Notes: generated by a model from the letters alone, not told the origin. A stretch of 64,000 bases of DNA from Syntrophorhabdaceae bacterium (GCA_963665295.1 OY762209.1:3680001-3744000), one strand, 5' to 3'. Shown: positions 21,221-31,597, counted from the first letter of the stretch. Numbers and translations are program-made.

Positions 21221-21457
21221 TTATTTTCTCCCCGATCTCATGCTCGCAAGGATACTCCTTGCTTCTTCCCTGTAATTCACCACGCCCGCCAATTGATAGC
21301 GGTCTATCGATTCGCGGTCTATACGCCATTTGCCTTCTTTCTTCGCGACGAAATCACCCGAAGCGATGTGTTGCATTATGGTGGTCCGGGACATCGATGC
21401 ATATCGGCTGGCCTGGGAAACGGATAACCAACGGGGGGTAATGTCTGTCATATTCAT
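21221..21457 (-). CDS. excisionase-like HTH protein
   Basis: WLSVSQASRYASMSRTTI...GKWRIDRESID; directly upstream of int. Confidence 0.8.
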   Translation of the reverse strand: MNMTDITPRWLSVSQASRYASMSRTTIMQHIASGDFVAKKEGKWRIDRESIDRYQLAGVVNYREEARSILASMRSGRK

Positions 21458-21620
21458 ATTTATTCTCCAATCTCCCTCAAATTAGGGCTCTCGCACCATT
21501 CAGGTATTGCCATTGGGTTAATATTTCGTTTCCTTTCATCTCTTGCGCAGTAATGGACCTGTCCGTCCTGATTCCACTTAAGGTCACGACAGATGCAGCA
21601 ACTTATAAAGACCAGGGCTT

Positions 21621-22139
21621 TCATATATCCCCTTTCATACTCGCCTGTACCTCTGAAAATGATTTCCATCCCCTTTCCGTGAGCTCTGTCGTATAGACCT
21701 CCTTCCTCGGTAGCAGCGGCACCCAGTGCTCATCACAGAAGAGTCGGTAATGCCATACGTCGTTCTTCTTCCCCTCCCCATAATACGGAGGCTCAACCCA
21801 TATCCTTCGTTGATCCTCGGGGGAGAAAAAGGCGTCCAGCCATAACTTGCTGAGCTTCTCATCCTTTGGCAGAAGGCTGCCACTCAAGGGTTCCCGGAAT
21901 GAAAGGGACAAGTGCCAGCACCGCTCATAGTCGGGGTTCTTCCACCATCCACCCGTGTGATAACCGATATCCCTGGTAAAGATGATGATGGTTCCCGTGG
22001 CGCTGTGTTGCGCCGTGCAGTGATTGATTAGCTTCTTATTCTCGGGAGTGTCCGTGCCGCCGAAGAAACCGTGTTTTGCCCTACGATACATCTCGCGGGC
22101 GACCATGGAAGGTAATTCGTGGTGGTCAAAAATGATCAT
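21621..22139 (-). CDS. phage hypothetical protein
   Basis: ATGA coupling to the upstream gene; GYHTGGWWKNPDYERCWHLSLSF. Confidence 0.6.
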   Translation of the reverse strand: MIIFDHHELPSMVAREMYRRAKHGFFGGTDTPENKKLINHCTAQHSATGTIIIFTRDIGYHTGGWWKNPDYERCWHLSLSFREPLSGSLLPKDEKLSKLWLDAFFSPEDQRRIWVEPPYYGEGKKNDVWHYRLFCDEHWVPLLPRKEVYTTELTERGWKSFSEVQASMKGDI

Positions 22140-22744
22140 TCGGCCCTCCCGAACCCGATCCCCCAGTTCCACGGGTTCTGTCCCTTCACCTTTGGGTTCA
22201 GCGCGTAGAAGTAGTCAAGGAACTCCTGGCGACTCTGGAAGCCTTCTCTGTGGGCATCATCCGTCGTGATGTCCAATAGACGTTCCACCTTGGTGTCGGT
22301 GCGGATGAGGTTGTCTATGCGGCTATAACGTCTCTTTAGGAAAAACGATGATTTCCATTTCCCGAAGGCGGGGTAGCTGTCGAGGCTCCATGTGGCTGGG
22401 CATTCCGCCAATATGCCTTCTGTGCCGATGTAGTATGCCTTGTTATCTGCTCTGTAAGCGATAAGAGGAGCGCCATACTCATCGCATGTCTCGGCCCAGG
22501 TTTCTTTCACCCAGAGTGTGTCGCCTTCCATGCCGTATGGACATTTTACGATCCTGCAATATCCGTTGGGTTTACAAAAGAGGGCTTCCAAAACGCCATT
22601 AACAGGCGACAAGCTTATCAATCTCCAGTCGCCCGGGGCCTCATTGATCTCCTTCAGCCCCCTCGTCCTTCTGGTCATATCTTTCAGGTCCTTCTGTATG
22701 CCTACCACCATGGGACCGCTCATGAGTATTGGAATATCCTTCAT
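22136..22744 (-). CDS. ASCH/PUA-like phage protein
   Basis: PILMSGPMV.....KDMTRR, GDTLWVKET, VERLLDIT..DA.REG, NPW. Confidence 0.7.
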   Translation of the reverse strand: MKDIPILMSGPMVVGIQKDLKDMTRRTRGLKEINEAPGDWRLISLSPVNGVLEALFCKPNGYCRIVKCPYGMEGDTLWVKETWAETCDEYGAPLIAYRADNKAYYIGTEGILAECPATWSLDSYPAFGKWKSSFFLKRRYSRIDNLIRTDTKVERLLDITTDDAHREGFQSRQEFLDYFYALNPKVKGQNPWNWGIGFGRAE

Positions 22745-23670
22745 TGCACCCTCCAGGCCAGTTCCCTATATTCGCTGCCGTCGAGGAGATGACCGGCTCT
22801 GTTCTGGCCGACACGGTACATGGCTTCCTTGCCGAATAGAACCATATCTCTATCCTCCACAATGCCTTTTCCGGCTGGCCACCACTCCCCCCACTGTTTG
22901 AAATAGAAGGCTGTTCCTGCCGCCGCACATTGATCTCTATCCGATCTGAAAACATCTGGATGGGAAGGGCGGGCTTTTGATGATGTCTCGCCTCCAGAAA
23001 CCACGCCCAACACGCGCTTTAGATCGTCTCCATAATCAATGATGCCTAAACCCGGTTCGTGAGAAATCCACAGCTTTCCAGGTATGGACAAGAAGGAGCC
23101 CTTCTTTTTGCCCCACTCGGGTTGATTGCAGACGGTAAGGCCGAGCCACAGGTTAGGGAACGGCCAGGAATCCGAGATTATGGTCCGTTTACCATCTTTT
23201 CCGAAGTTCTTCTCTGAAGTGGTGATTGCGTAGTACTGGTCACAGTGGTATTGGATGGCGCCCGCTCTTGACGTCCATTCATCTCGCGGAGCCGTAATGT
23301 ACCTCAGCGCCCTATCAGGTCTTTTTGTGAGGGCTACGAAAGTGTGATGCTTTGCCATCGCAATGACAGCAAATATGGCATCCCTGAATTCATCGGACAC
23401 CCCTTCATGCCACAGGTCGCCCATGAATTGGACGCCGATGATGGAAGGCTTCCTTAGTTTGAGCGGTGTGAGCAGTTCTGGTTCCTTAAGGACGAAACCT
23501 TCTTGGCCGCCGTATGCTAGCCGCTCGTTGATGCCTATTGTGGGGCTCTTGCTTAGCCGTTCGCACATTCTCAGGTGCCAGCAGTTCTCGCACCCGGGTG
23601 AACACTGCGTACACCTCATGGCGACCGGATTCCAAGTGTGTGTCAAATACTCAATCCCTGTTTTCTGCAT
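22741..23670 (-). CDS. Gp37/Gp68 (DUF5131) family protein
   Basis: IEY..HTWNP...C...SPGCENC, MGDLWHE, LTKRP, NLWLG.TV, GGE, FKQWGEW. Confidence 0.9.
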   Translation of the reverse strand: MQKTGIEYLTHTWNPVAMRCTQCSPGCENCWHLRMCERLSKSPTIGINERLAYGGQEGFVLKEPELLTPLKLRKPSIIGVQFMGDLWHEGVSDEFRDAIFAVIAMAKHHTFVALTKRPDRALRYITAPRDEWTSRAGAIQYHCDQYYAITTSEKNFGKDGKRTIISDSWPFPNLWLGLTVCNQPEWGKKKGSFLSIPGKLWISHEPGLGIIDYGDDLKRVLGVVSGGETSSKARPSHPDVFRSDRDQCAAAGTAFYFKQWGEWWPAGKGIVEDRDMVLFGKEAMYRVGQNRAGHLLDGSEYRELAWRVQ

Positions 23671-23680
23671 AAGGGGGTAG

Positions 23681-23732
23681 CCTCCTTTACTTGACAAATT
23701 GGTACTGAAAATACGTTTTACTTGACATCGAT
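23681..23732 (-). repeat. copy A of a dispersed ~45-bp element
   Basis: ATCGATGTCAAGTAAA..AATTTGTCAAGT..GGAGG; copy B at 48469-48516. Confidence 0.6.
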
Positions 23733-23753
23733 ACCGATGGAGCCCAAGGCTTG

Positions 23754-25815
23754 TCAATCCTCTCCAGGTATCCTCGCAATGATAGCCCGCGCCTTTTCAC
23801 GCCAAGCGTGAACACGTGAACCTCCGCCGCACCCGCTTTCGTTGAGTGCCTCTTTCAATATTGCCAGCAACTCAGGCGCAGCCGTTATGAGATCGACATC
23901 ACACTCCGAATTAAACCCGAACCTATCAGCGCCACCATCAAGGTGTGGAACGGCGCGGCGCGAGCCCTGGAATACTTGCGCAATCAGGACCCTGCCATTG
24001 GGATGCTTGGATTCGATATGTTTGGGTCCATATACATAATGTCCGTCCCTAACCCATGGTCCCGGTGTGGGTTTCATGCACGGCGCCCACTCTTCTGTTC
24101 CCGTCTTCTTCGTCTCAATTGGCACTGTCCACCCCCGTCTTTTCTTCCAACTCCCCAGGCATTTCCTTGAATTGAAGGTTCCTATGCGCCCCGACCACCG
24201 CGAGTCTGTCCCGTGGGATCGCCATCACCTTCAGTTCCGCCTCCGTAGGATAGACATATTGGACGTTCCGAGCCCTGAGCCGCCGTAAGTATTCGGTGTA
24301 TTCCTCCTCCGTCGAGGGCCGAACTTTAGCGTCTCGTTCCTTGCAACGCTTCAGATATTCTCTATGCTCCTTGCATCTTCCCGGAATGCGCCCGAGACCG
24401 CACTCGCAGGAAGCCGAGGAACCGCCCGAGTGTTTACAATGCGACATGGTGCAGCCCGGGGGCTCAAGGTATCCTATGATCTGCCAAACAAGATTGTTCA
24501 TCTCATGGTCCGCCATGCCTCGCTTTTCCAGGGTATAAAGCAGTTCCTTGATGGACATCTTTTCCGGATCCAGACCTCTGGATTGCAGAGCCTTTTTCAG
24601 TCTTCCAAGCTTCGCGTATGCATTCCACATATCAGTCACCCCCGCTTCCCTTTTTCTTCTCGTCCATTTCTTTTGCGACCTCCGCACATACCTCATCCCA
24701 CCGTCTTGACATAAAGGCCTCGCCCAGATCCGTATAAAGCATGTCCAATATCCGTCCGCAGCATTCGTCTACGAGGGGCATACCGAAAAGGGTGCTCAGG
24801 CTGTACCTCTTGTCGCGATCCGTGAGTTCAGGATGGACAGTCCCGCAGACATGACATACCACCTGTTCTCGCGTGCGCGTCGACGTGGTGCACCAATCGA
24901 ACTCTGCCGGACCCGCTGGGGTCTTGACCATCGTTGTTATGTGAGTTACTTTTGACACTTGACCTCCTCTCAGGGCATAAGCGCGGGCAACAATGCCGGC
25001 ATTATCCCGATCTCATACGCCTGCTTTATCTGCGGTTTCATCCATGACCCAACGGTCTGTCCATCAGGCAAGACAATGTGCGCCATAAACTCGTCTTCGA
25101 AGACCGTGATTCCCGATTCCACGGCTTCCAACTTGGCCTTAATGACCAGGGCCAGGGCGCGCCAGCGTTGTCGCAGCGCCTGTTCATAGGCTTCATTGGC
25201 TGCCTTTTCTGTTCTCAATGTGTCACGATTTGGGGTGTGCGTGAATTCCCGCAGGTCCCTATCAGGCAAGGGAAGTATGAACTTTACACGCCGGCCTTGC
25301 ATCTCGAAGGCGATTACGGCCGATGAAGCTTGCCAGCCATAAAGGAAGCCTTGCGCGCCATACTTGGTCAGGATACGCTCTATCTCATTGCGGGATTTTT
25401 CAGAACTTACCGTAGTTGACTCGGCATATTTCATCAAGTGCTCTCCTTATCGATAAAGCTTGTACTGTGGGTCCGTTAGAAATGTCTTGAATGTCAGGTC
25501 AGGGCAACAGTCCAGCAGCGATAAGAAACTGTTGTACCGCTTCTTTGCCCTCGATGGCCTTTCTCTATGTTTGGCAACGTAAGCCTTGCCCAGGTCAGTC
25601 ACGCAAAAAACCCTGTCCCCACTCTCGAGGAACCGGGGAGGATCGGCTTCCCGCATCATGCCCACCTCACAGAGACGGAGAAGAGTGGGCATGTCGCTAT
25701 GGTCCTTTCCGGCAACGAAATGATTCCTGTAGGATTCTTCACGGTAAATGTCGGTAAGGCCGAGTGTGTGAAGCATGATGGCAAAATCCGCATTTCTTAT
25801 GGTTATCTTTGGCAT
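23754..25815 (-). other. run of five small coupled phage early genes (23754-24125, 24115-~24630, 24632-24958, 24970-25437, 25447-25815)
   Basis: same strand, tightly packed, SD-like sites; 24970-25437 has the YA..T.VS.EKSR.EIE..L..YGA phage motif. Confidence 0.6.
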
Positions 25816-26684
25816 GAGGACTCCTTAAATAGCGGCATAGTCTTCTCTTCACTCCCATGCCGGTAATCTTCATACGGTATGTGTTCCAGCCATCTGAGCC
25901 GGGAGTAATAACGCACCATGTCCTGCAGCTCTTTCTCAGTCCATCCCGGCGCCACATAGTCGTTTTTGGTCCGGCATTTAAGAGGTTGATATCTCATGGG
26001 CGTGGGCCTGATCTTAAGCGACCGTACCCACTCCAGCTTCTCTCGGGCCTTCGCTGGCGTATCGTCGTAGCCTATGAGGACATAGACGCCTATATCCGTC
26101 ATCCCCTCCGCCCTGGTACGCAAGACCGCATTAAAGACGTCTCCCTGATCGGCCATGGTGTCCAGGGAGAACCGGACCTTCACAGCCTTCAACTCTGCGA
26201 TCCTCTCAGCGTGATGTGAGGTAAACAAACTCGCGTCGAGGCCCTGGTTGAAATCTACAAATGGAAGAGATTTCAACCGGTCAATCACCCTATCGAAGTG
26301 CTTCTCGCTTGCAGCAAGGAGGTTGTTGTCGGATATCAAGGGACGGGTCTCCCAGTCCGTCAATTCCTTCAGGTCGCCCTCTATTTTGGGAACCGCACAG
26401 AAGGGACAGTTGTTGGGGCACCCGCGAGTAGTGAAGGTGGCCAAGGGGTTATGGAAGGCAAGGACCGGGAAATCAGTGTGGCTCAAACTGTCCCTTGTAG
26501 GTACGTGGATTCCAACCGGGAGAGCATCCACGTTATTGACGACCGCAGGTCCTCCCATGATGACCTTTTTCTTGGATGCCTCGGCAATCCTGGCCGCCTC
26601 TGGAATGTCCCAGGAAAAGACCACGGAGATATACAGGGTATCCCTTATGGTCCACTGCACTATGCCCTTGCTCCAGTTATACAT
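25803..26684 (-). CDS. radical SAM protein (phage type)
   Basis: TTRGCPNNCPFC (CxxxCxxC), DNN, DFNQGLD, YVLIGY. Confidence 0.85.
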   Translation of the reverse strand: MYNWSKGIVQWTIRDTLYISVVFSWDIPEAARIAEASKKKVIMGGPAVVNNVDALPVGIHVPTRDSLSHTDFPVLAFHNPLATFTTRGCPNNCPFCAVPKIEGDLKELTDWETRPLISDNNLLAASEKHFDRVIDRLKSLPFVDFNQGLDASLFTSHHAERIAELKAVKVRFSLDTMADQGDVFNAVLRTRAEGMTDIGVYVLIGYDDTPAKAREKLEWVRSLKIRPTPMRYQPLKCRTKNDYVAPGWTEKELQDMVRYYSRLRWLEHIPYEDYRHGSEEKTMPLFKESSCQR

Positions 26685-26987
26685 GCCCCCCCCCTTTCCT
26701 TCTTCTCCGCTGCCAATCTCTCCGCTTCCTTTCGATCCCATATGACCCAAAAAGGCACCCAGGCTTCCTTAAGGAGGTAATGTTCTTCTCCGCAGTCGAC
26801 GCATTTAAAAGTGATGTGCCCGATGTACTCGGTGGGTACGGTCCTGCCTTTGGATTCGTGCCCGTCTCCGCGACAAACTGGACAAACGAAGAGGCGGCAG
26901 GAAATCGCCTCGGTAGGGGAGACTCCCAGGACCAGGTGCAGATTGGGCAATTTTCGGGATGGCATTCAAGGTTCTGATTAGACGGAG

Positions 26988-28325
26988 TCACTTAATCACC
27001 CCCGCCGTCAGCAAAGGTGCATCTCCCTCTATTCGTTTCCTGGCCATGTCGCAATATGTGGGGTTGAGGTCTATACCTATGAAGTTTCTGTTGAGGCGAT
27101 TCGCTACGAGCCCGACCGTTCCAGCGCCGAAGAATGGGTCGAGCACTGCCCCCCCCTCTGGACAACCGGCAAGGATGCATGGTTCTACGAGGGCTGGGGG
27201 GAAGGTGGCAAAATGGGCGTCAGGGAATGGCATTGTTCCGATGGTCCATACAGTGCGCCTGTTCCTTTTCGTGCCTTCCCATGGAACGGATCCTGCAACG
27301 GCACCTGCCGACTTCCCCCCGTCGTCAACTGGGACGCCTCTCAGGCTTGCCGCTTTGCGTTCTTTATTTCCTGATTTTGCTAGGTATCCTGTCTTTCCGG
27401 CCTCTCTGCCCTCTCGATGAAAGGACCCGTGTCCGCCACTACCTTGCGAGGTATCCCAGCCATCGGGGGTCTTCCACCGTGAACCTGTTTGCTTTGGTTG
27501 GCCGGGGGCTTGATAGGGCATGCCTGTAAGATCATGCCAGTTCGTAGCGGTCACCGGTTCCTTGATGGCATCTTGGTCATAGTAATACCTTTCGCTTTTG
27601 CTCATGAGAAATAGATACTCATGCGACTTTGTTGGCCTGTCCGTAACCGACTCGGGCATAGGGTTAGGCTTATGCCAAATGATGTCTGAACGGAGATACC
27701 AGCCGTCGGCCTGAAGGGCGAATGCGACCCTCCAAGGTATGCCCACGAGGTCTTTGGGTTTAAGTCCAGGAAGGGGCATTCGGTTAGGCTGGATCATCGG
27801 CCCTATCGCGGCCGCTTTGGGATCAGGCCCATGCGTCCCTCGGAAGCCAAATGCTCCTTCACGCCATTTCTTACCCTGATCTCCCCCACCAGGGCAGTTG
27901 CCTACCTTGCCCGCCCCGGTTGCGTAACTGTCTCCCAGGTTAAGCCACAACGTCCCGTCCTTCCTCAAGACTCTGTGGAGTACCTGGAATATCTCTACCG
28001 TGTGCTCAACATAGAGTTCGGGCGTAGGTTCCAGCCCATAGGAACCAAGCCATGCACCGCAATGCGCACAGAAGCCGGGCTGGAGGCCGCCTCGCGCGAA
28101 CCATCCGTCCCGATCTCGACGGAAGGATGTTCCGGTACCGTTTCCGTTTGGGGAGATTGTTTCTGCCCACTCGTGTTGGCAGTCTGGATTCCCACCCCAT
28201 ATCTGAGGATCAAGACCATAATCGCGAAGGCCCCAGTAGGGAGGGCTCGTGACGATACAGTTTACTGATTCAGATGGAATAGTTCTCAGGGCGGTGAGCA
28301 CATGCCCGTGAATTATCCTGTTCAT
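26988..28325 (-). CDS. DNA methyltransferase, N4-C/N6-A beta class
   Basis: VTSPPYWGLRDY, IIWHKPNPMPESV.DR.T.SHEY, HFATFP, VLDPFFGAGT. Confidence 0.95.
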   Translation of the reverse strand: MNRIIHGHVLTALRTIPSESVNCIVTSPPYWGLRDYGLDPQIWGGNPDCQHEWAETISPNGNGTGTSFRRDRDGWFARGGLQPGFCAHCGAWLGSYGLEPTPELYVEHTVEIFQVLHRVLRKDGTLWLNLGDSYATGAGKVGNCPGGGDQGKKWREGAFGFRGTHGPDPKAAAIGPMIQPNRMPLPGLKPKDLVGIPWRVAFALQADGWYLRSDIIWHKPNPMPESVTDRPTKSHEYLFLMSKSERYYYDQDAIKEPVTATNWHDLTGMPYQAPGQPKQTGSRWKTPDGWDTSQGSGGHGSFHREGREAGKTGYLAKSGNKERKAASLRGVPVDDGGKSAGAVAGSVPWEGTKRNRRTVWTIGTMPFPDAHFATFPPALVEPCILAGCPEGGAVLDPFFGAGTVGLVANRLNRNFIGIDLNPTYCDMARKRIEGDAPLLTAGVIK

Positions 28326-28332
28326 GTTTGCG

Positions 28333-29478
28333 CTATGCCCGATTGAAATCACTTGTCAGAATCCTCCATGCTGTTGCAGCCACTCTTGAAACCTGTCCGT
28401 TTCCAATGGCCTTAAGTCGGTCCACCCTAAAGGCCACCCCATGAGCCACTCGACCCACGTCGGGTTCAACTGGCCACCCAAAGACGCCTGATCCCGTAAG
28501 GGCTTTCCCCTGGTATGTTTCATCCTCTTCAACCCCGCTTCCGTCGCTCCGTACCCAGTCCGATAATCCGTAGTCGAGGGCGTGGCCCATTGCCGCGCTA
28601 CCGTCGTCGCCAGGTCGTCTCCGCCCGATCCTTCCCGGTTCATCCGGGCAAAGTCCGGACCGCTCGGTGATCCCTTCGGCGTCGGCCACATCACTTGCGC
28701 CGACAGATGCAGTCCTCCTTTGCTGCCCCTTGCGTTCGGTCCACCGTGGGTTGCTTCCGTTGCCGACGGGGTTCTCCATAAGGGTCTTCCCAACCTCGCC
28801 GCTTCTCCCAAGCTGTTCGGCCCACATTTCCTGTTGGCCCCAAGTTGCTTCGATTCTGGGGAAAGATTTGGCGTAGGCCAGTATCCATACCCGTTTTCGC
28901 CTGTGCGGCGCTCCGCAATCATCAGCTCCGAGCACACACCACCGAGCATCGTACCCGCTTTCGGCCAAGTCTCCAAGAACTCGTCCGAAGTAGGATGGTA
29001 AGGTAATTTGTACTTCGTGAGCCGCACGGATTGATGCCCATTCTTCGGCTTCATATACTCGGCCTTCATCAACGGCTTCATATAGAGTCTTTCGCTCGGG
29101 AGAAAGGAGCCCTGGGACGTTTTCCAGCCAGACGACGTGCGGTCGTATAATGCGTACGGCTTCGATTGTTGGCGGCCACATGTTCCGTTCATCAGCCTCC
29201 CCCCCCCGCTTGCCTGCGACGCTAAAGGGCTGACAAGGGAAACCGGCAACGATAAGATCAACCATTCCCGTATATGCTCCGGCGTAACCTCCTGAGATGA
29301 ATTCTCGGACGTCTCCGAAGACAGGGGCGGCATGAAGAAAACCGTCTGCGATTCTTTGTCTGATAACTTTTTGGCAGTATGGTTCATAGTCGACATACCC
29401 GCGGCATTTGAAACCGAGAAGGTGCTGCATCGCGAGATCGCCACCGCCCGCTCCGGAGAAGAGAGACAGGTAGTTCAC
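28333..29478 (-). CDS. C5 cytosine DNA methyltransferase, alpha-type chain (motifs I-VIII and X)
   Basis: LSLFSGAGG, GFPCQPFS, ENVPG, HRRKRVWI, RLKAIGNGQV. Confidence 0.9.
   Translation of the reverse strand: MNYLSLFSGAGGGDLAMQHLLGFKCRGYVDYEPYCQKVIRQRIADGFLHAAPVFGDVREFISGGYAGAYTGMVDLIVAGFPCQPFSVAGKRGGEADERNMWPPTIEAVRIIRPHVVWLENVPGLLSPERKTLYEAVDEGRVYEAEEWASIRAAHEVQITLPSYFGRVLGDLAESGYDARWCVLGADDCGAPHRRKRVWILAYAKSFPRIEATWGQQEMWAEQLGRSGEVGKTLMENPVGNGSNPRWTERKGQQRRTASVGASDVADAEGITERSGLCPDEPGRIGRRRPGDDGSAAMGHALDYGLSDWVRSDGSGVEEDETYQGKALTGSGVFGWPVEPDVGRVAHGVAFRVDRLKAIGNGQVSRVAATAWRILTSDFNRA
28356..29444 (-). CDS. overlapping alternative-frame partner chain of the C5 methyltransferase (TRD and motif IX); start uncertain
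   Basis: 362-codon open frame nested in the alpha gene; four W(P/R/A)TP repeats; GGQLNPTWVEWLMGWP. Confidence 0.75.
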   Translation of the reverse strand: MAISRCSTFSVSNAAGMSTMNHTAKKLSDKESQTVFFMPPLSSETSENSSQEVTPEHIREWLILSLPVSLVSPLASQASGGGRLMNGTCGRQQSKPYALYDRTSSGWKTSQGSFLPSERLYMKPLMKAEYMKPKNGHQSVRLTKYKLPYHPTSDEFLETWPKAGTMLGGVCSELMIAERRTGENGYGYWPTPNLSPESKQLGANRKCGPNSLGEAARLGRPLWRTPSATEATHGGPNARGSKGGLHLSAQVMWPTPKGSPSGPDFARMNREGSGGDDLATTVARQWATPSTTDYRTGYGATEAGLKRMKHTRGKPLRDQASLGGQLNPTWVEWLMGWPLGWTDLRPLETDRFQEWLQQHGGF

Positions 29479-29481
29479 TTG

Positions 29482-30069
29482 TCACTCCCCCACCGGCAAT
29501 GCCTTTATCTTGTTCTGCGCGATGGCGACCAGAAAGCCCTCGGCCTTCTCAGGCTCATCAAATATCGCGTGGAGCCGGGCAAAGAGAAGATCAATCTGTT
29601 TCTCTATTTCTCTCAAAGCCATCCATTTTTCATGGGAATAGGCGGTCACGTAATCAAGCGTGCCCGGGGGGCTCTCATGCGAGATGCCCGCGGATCCCTC
29701 TAGCTCGTCGTCTAAACTGTGATTCGTTGGATGAACGGCCCCCTTGGGCAGAAAATTACGGTATATCCATTTGTCATCCTTCCCTTTGGCTCTGAACGCC
29801 CTATGATAGCGCAGATCATTGTCCCATCGTTCTCCTGACCAGTTCGACACAACGATGATTGCCTCGAACTTGAGCGCGTGGCAGGCGTTGAAGTGGTCCA
29901 CGGCCTTTTTTTCAAGGTCCACATATGCTTTATCTTCAAACCGTATGTTGTCATAAAGAACTTTGAAGTAAACCCCTCTGTCGTAGCTGTCAACAACATA
30001 TGCTTGTAAAAGCGTCTTGTCGGGAAGGATTATTGTCTTAAACTTCTTCTGTCCTGGTCTGCCGCCCAT
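29482..30069 (-). CDS. phage hypothetical protein
   Basis: in operon, SD, abuts both neighbours. Confidence 0.6.
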   Translation of the reverse strand: MGGRPGQKKFKTIILPDKTLLQAYVVDSYDRGVYFKVLYDNIRFEDKAYVDLEKKAVDHFNACHALKFEAIIVVSNWSGERWDNDLRYHRAFRAKGKDDKWIYRNFLPKGAVHPTNHSLDDELEGSAGISHESPPGTLDYVTAYSHEKWMALREIEKQIDLLFARLHAIFDEPEKAEGFLVAIAQNKIKALPVGE

Positions 30070-30070
30070 A

Positions 30071-31531
30071 TTATTCCCCCACCGCCTTACTCATCATAGG
30101 CTGTCCCCCGGGCCCCTTGCACGTATCAGCCTTCAGATAAACCGCGCTGCATACGGCCGCACACTGAGGTTCGCACACTGCGCAGCAAGGCGGCCGGTCT
30201 TTCGGGCTTCCCCACACGCATTTTTCTCTGATGTGGTCACACAAAGTGGTCTCGTCAAACGGGGTCTTCCGGCTTTTCGTCTTCTTTTGAGAGACTTTGG
30301 GGGCGGGCGCTTCGGCCTCCGGGAGGTCCATTATCAGCTTGATAGCCGCGTCGATCTTGGCGATGGTCTTATCGAGTAACTTGCTGTTGCTCGGGTCATC
30401 TTCTTTATCCTCGTCTTTGACATAAAACGCTCTCGCCTCTTTCAGCCCCGCAATAGTTGCCGCGTCTTTGGTGGCATAACCCTGATTACGTATGTTGGGC
30501 GCATAGCCCCTTCCGGCGTAGTCCCCGTACCCCTTTTGGACGCTGGTTGAAAACCGGTATAGGCCGTCCGGCGCGAGCGCGATCCTTATTTCCGTCGCGG
30601 TCTTGTCAACCTTAGTGGTCGTTACTGTAACCGTTTCCGGGTTTATCAACACACCGGCATCATTCACAGAGGAAGGGCCTTCGGTCACTGCTGCCTCTAC
30701 CTCCGCGGCGGTTTCAACTGTCTCAAGGGCCGCAGTCTCCGGCTCCTGTATAGTGTCCGCACTGGGCTCTGCCGCGCCTGTACCCCTCGGTGTCCTTTCT
30801 CCGAAATGAATAACCTGAAGGGTCTCATTGATCTTGCAAATTGCCTCGTCAACAAATTCTTCCTGTGTTGCCGTGAGCTTTCCGCTGTCAAGCTGGTCAA
30901 GGTACCATTCGCGGGCAATGTTTAGCCCTGCTATCTCCGCTTCTTCTACGCTGCCGAACCGAGGGCCGTTTATGTGGGGTTCGATTGCATGTCCTTTGCC
31001 TAGCCCTTCAAGGTACAGCCCGTACCGATATTGCCCGTCATGAGCCAGGGCGACCGTAACGATTGTCTTGCAGCCGTCAACTTCAGTTTCGGTCACGGTG
31101 AGACTCGCACAGGTCGTGACGAGCACGCCGAACTCGTTTACTTCCGACACCACTTCGGCGTCGATAACTTCAGCGTCCCCCGCGGTAATCGCAGGAAGCG
31201 CGGGGCCTATCATCTTCATCTCGGGACGTTCCGGTTCAGGGGGTTTTTCGGTAGGCGCAGGCTGGGGGGCTTCTGCCTTTTTCGAAAAGAGATCGTCTTG
31301 AGCCTCTCTGACCGTCCGGTGAAAAGCGTTCTTGATCCGGTCCGTCACGAAATTGATGGATGTCTCGACTTCTATGTCTCCATCGGCAGGCTTGAACTTC
31401 AAGCCGAGCGCAATGCTCAGAGCGCCGTCTTCTTTGAGGTATGCCTTGTCTATCTTCTCTCGGTAAATTCTGAGGATGTTACCGAGCATTTCCGTTGCTT
31501 CGCTGACTACTTTTTCCGTAATGTTCGACAT
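30071..31531 (-). CDS. phage hypothetical protein with two internal repeat domains
   Basis: VNEFGVL...VALAHDGQYRY...EAEIAGL and VNDAGVL...IALAPDGLYRF...AATIAGL; Cys-rich tail. Confidence 0.65.
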   Translation of the reverse strand: MSNITEKVVSEATEMLGNILRIYREKIDKAYLKEDGALSIALGLKFKPADGDIEVETSINFVTDRIKNAFHRTVREAQDDLFSKKAEAPQPAPTEKPPEPERPEMKMIGPALPAITAGDAEVIDAEVVSEVNEFGVLVTTCASLTVTETEVDGCKTIVTVALAHDGQYRYGLYLEGLGKGHAIEPHINGPRFGSVEEAEIAGLNIAREWYLDQLDSGKLTATQEEFVDEAICKINETLQVIHFGERTPRGTGAAEPSADTIQEPETAALETVETAAEVEAAVTEGPSSVNDAGVLINPETVTVTTTKVDKTATEIRIALAPDGLYRFSTSVQKGYGDYAGRGYAPNIRNQGYATKDAATIAGLKEARAFYVKDEDKEDDPSNSKLLDKTIAKIDAAIKLIMDLPEAEAPAPKVSQKKTKSRKTPFDETTLCDHIREKCVWGSPKDRPPCCAVCEPQCAAVCSAVYLKADTCKGPGGQPMMSKAVGE

Positions 31532-31597
31532 GCTTTATTTCCTCCTCTTTATATTGGGGCCGGCTATCCACTTCGGCCCCGGGTAGCTTATTGCCCC

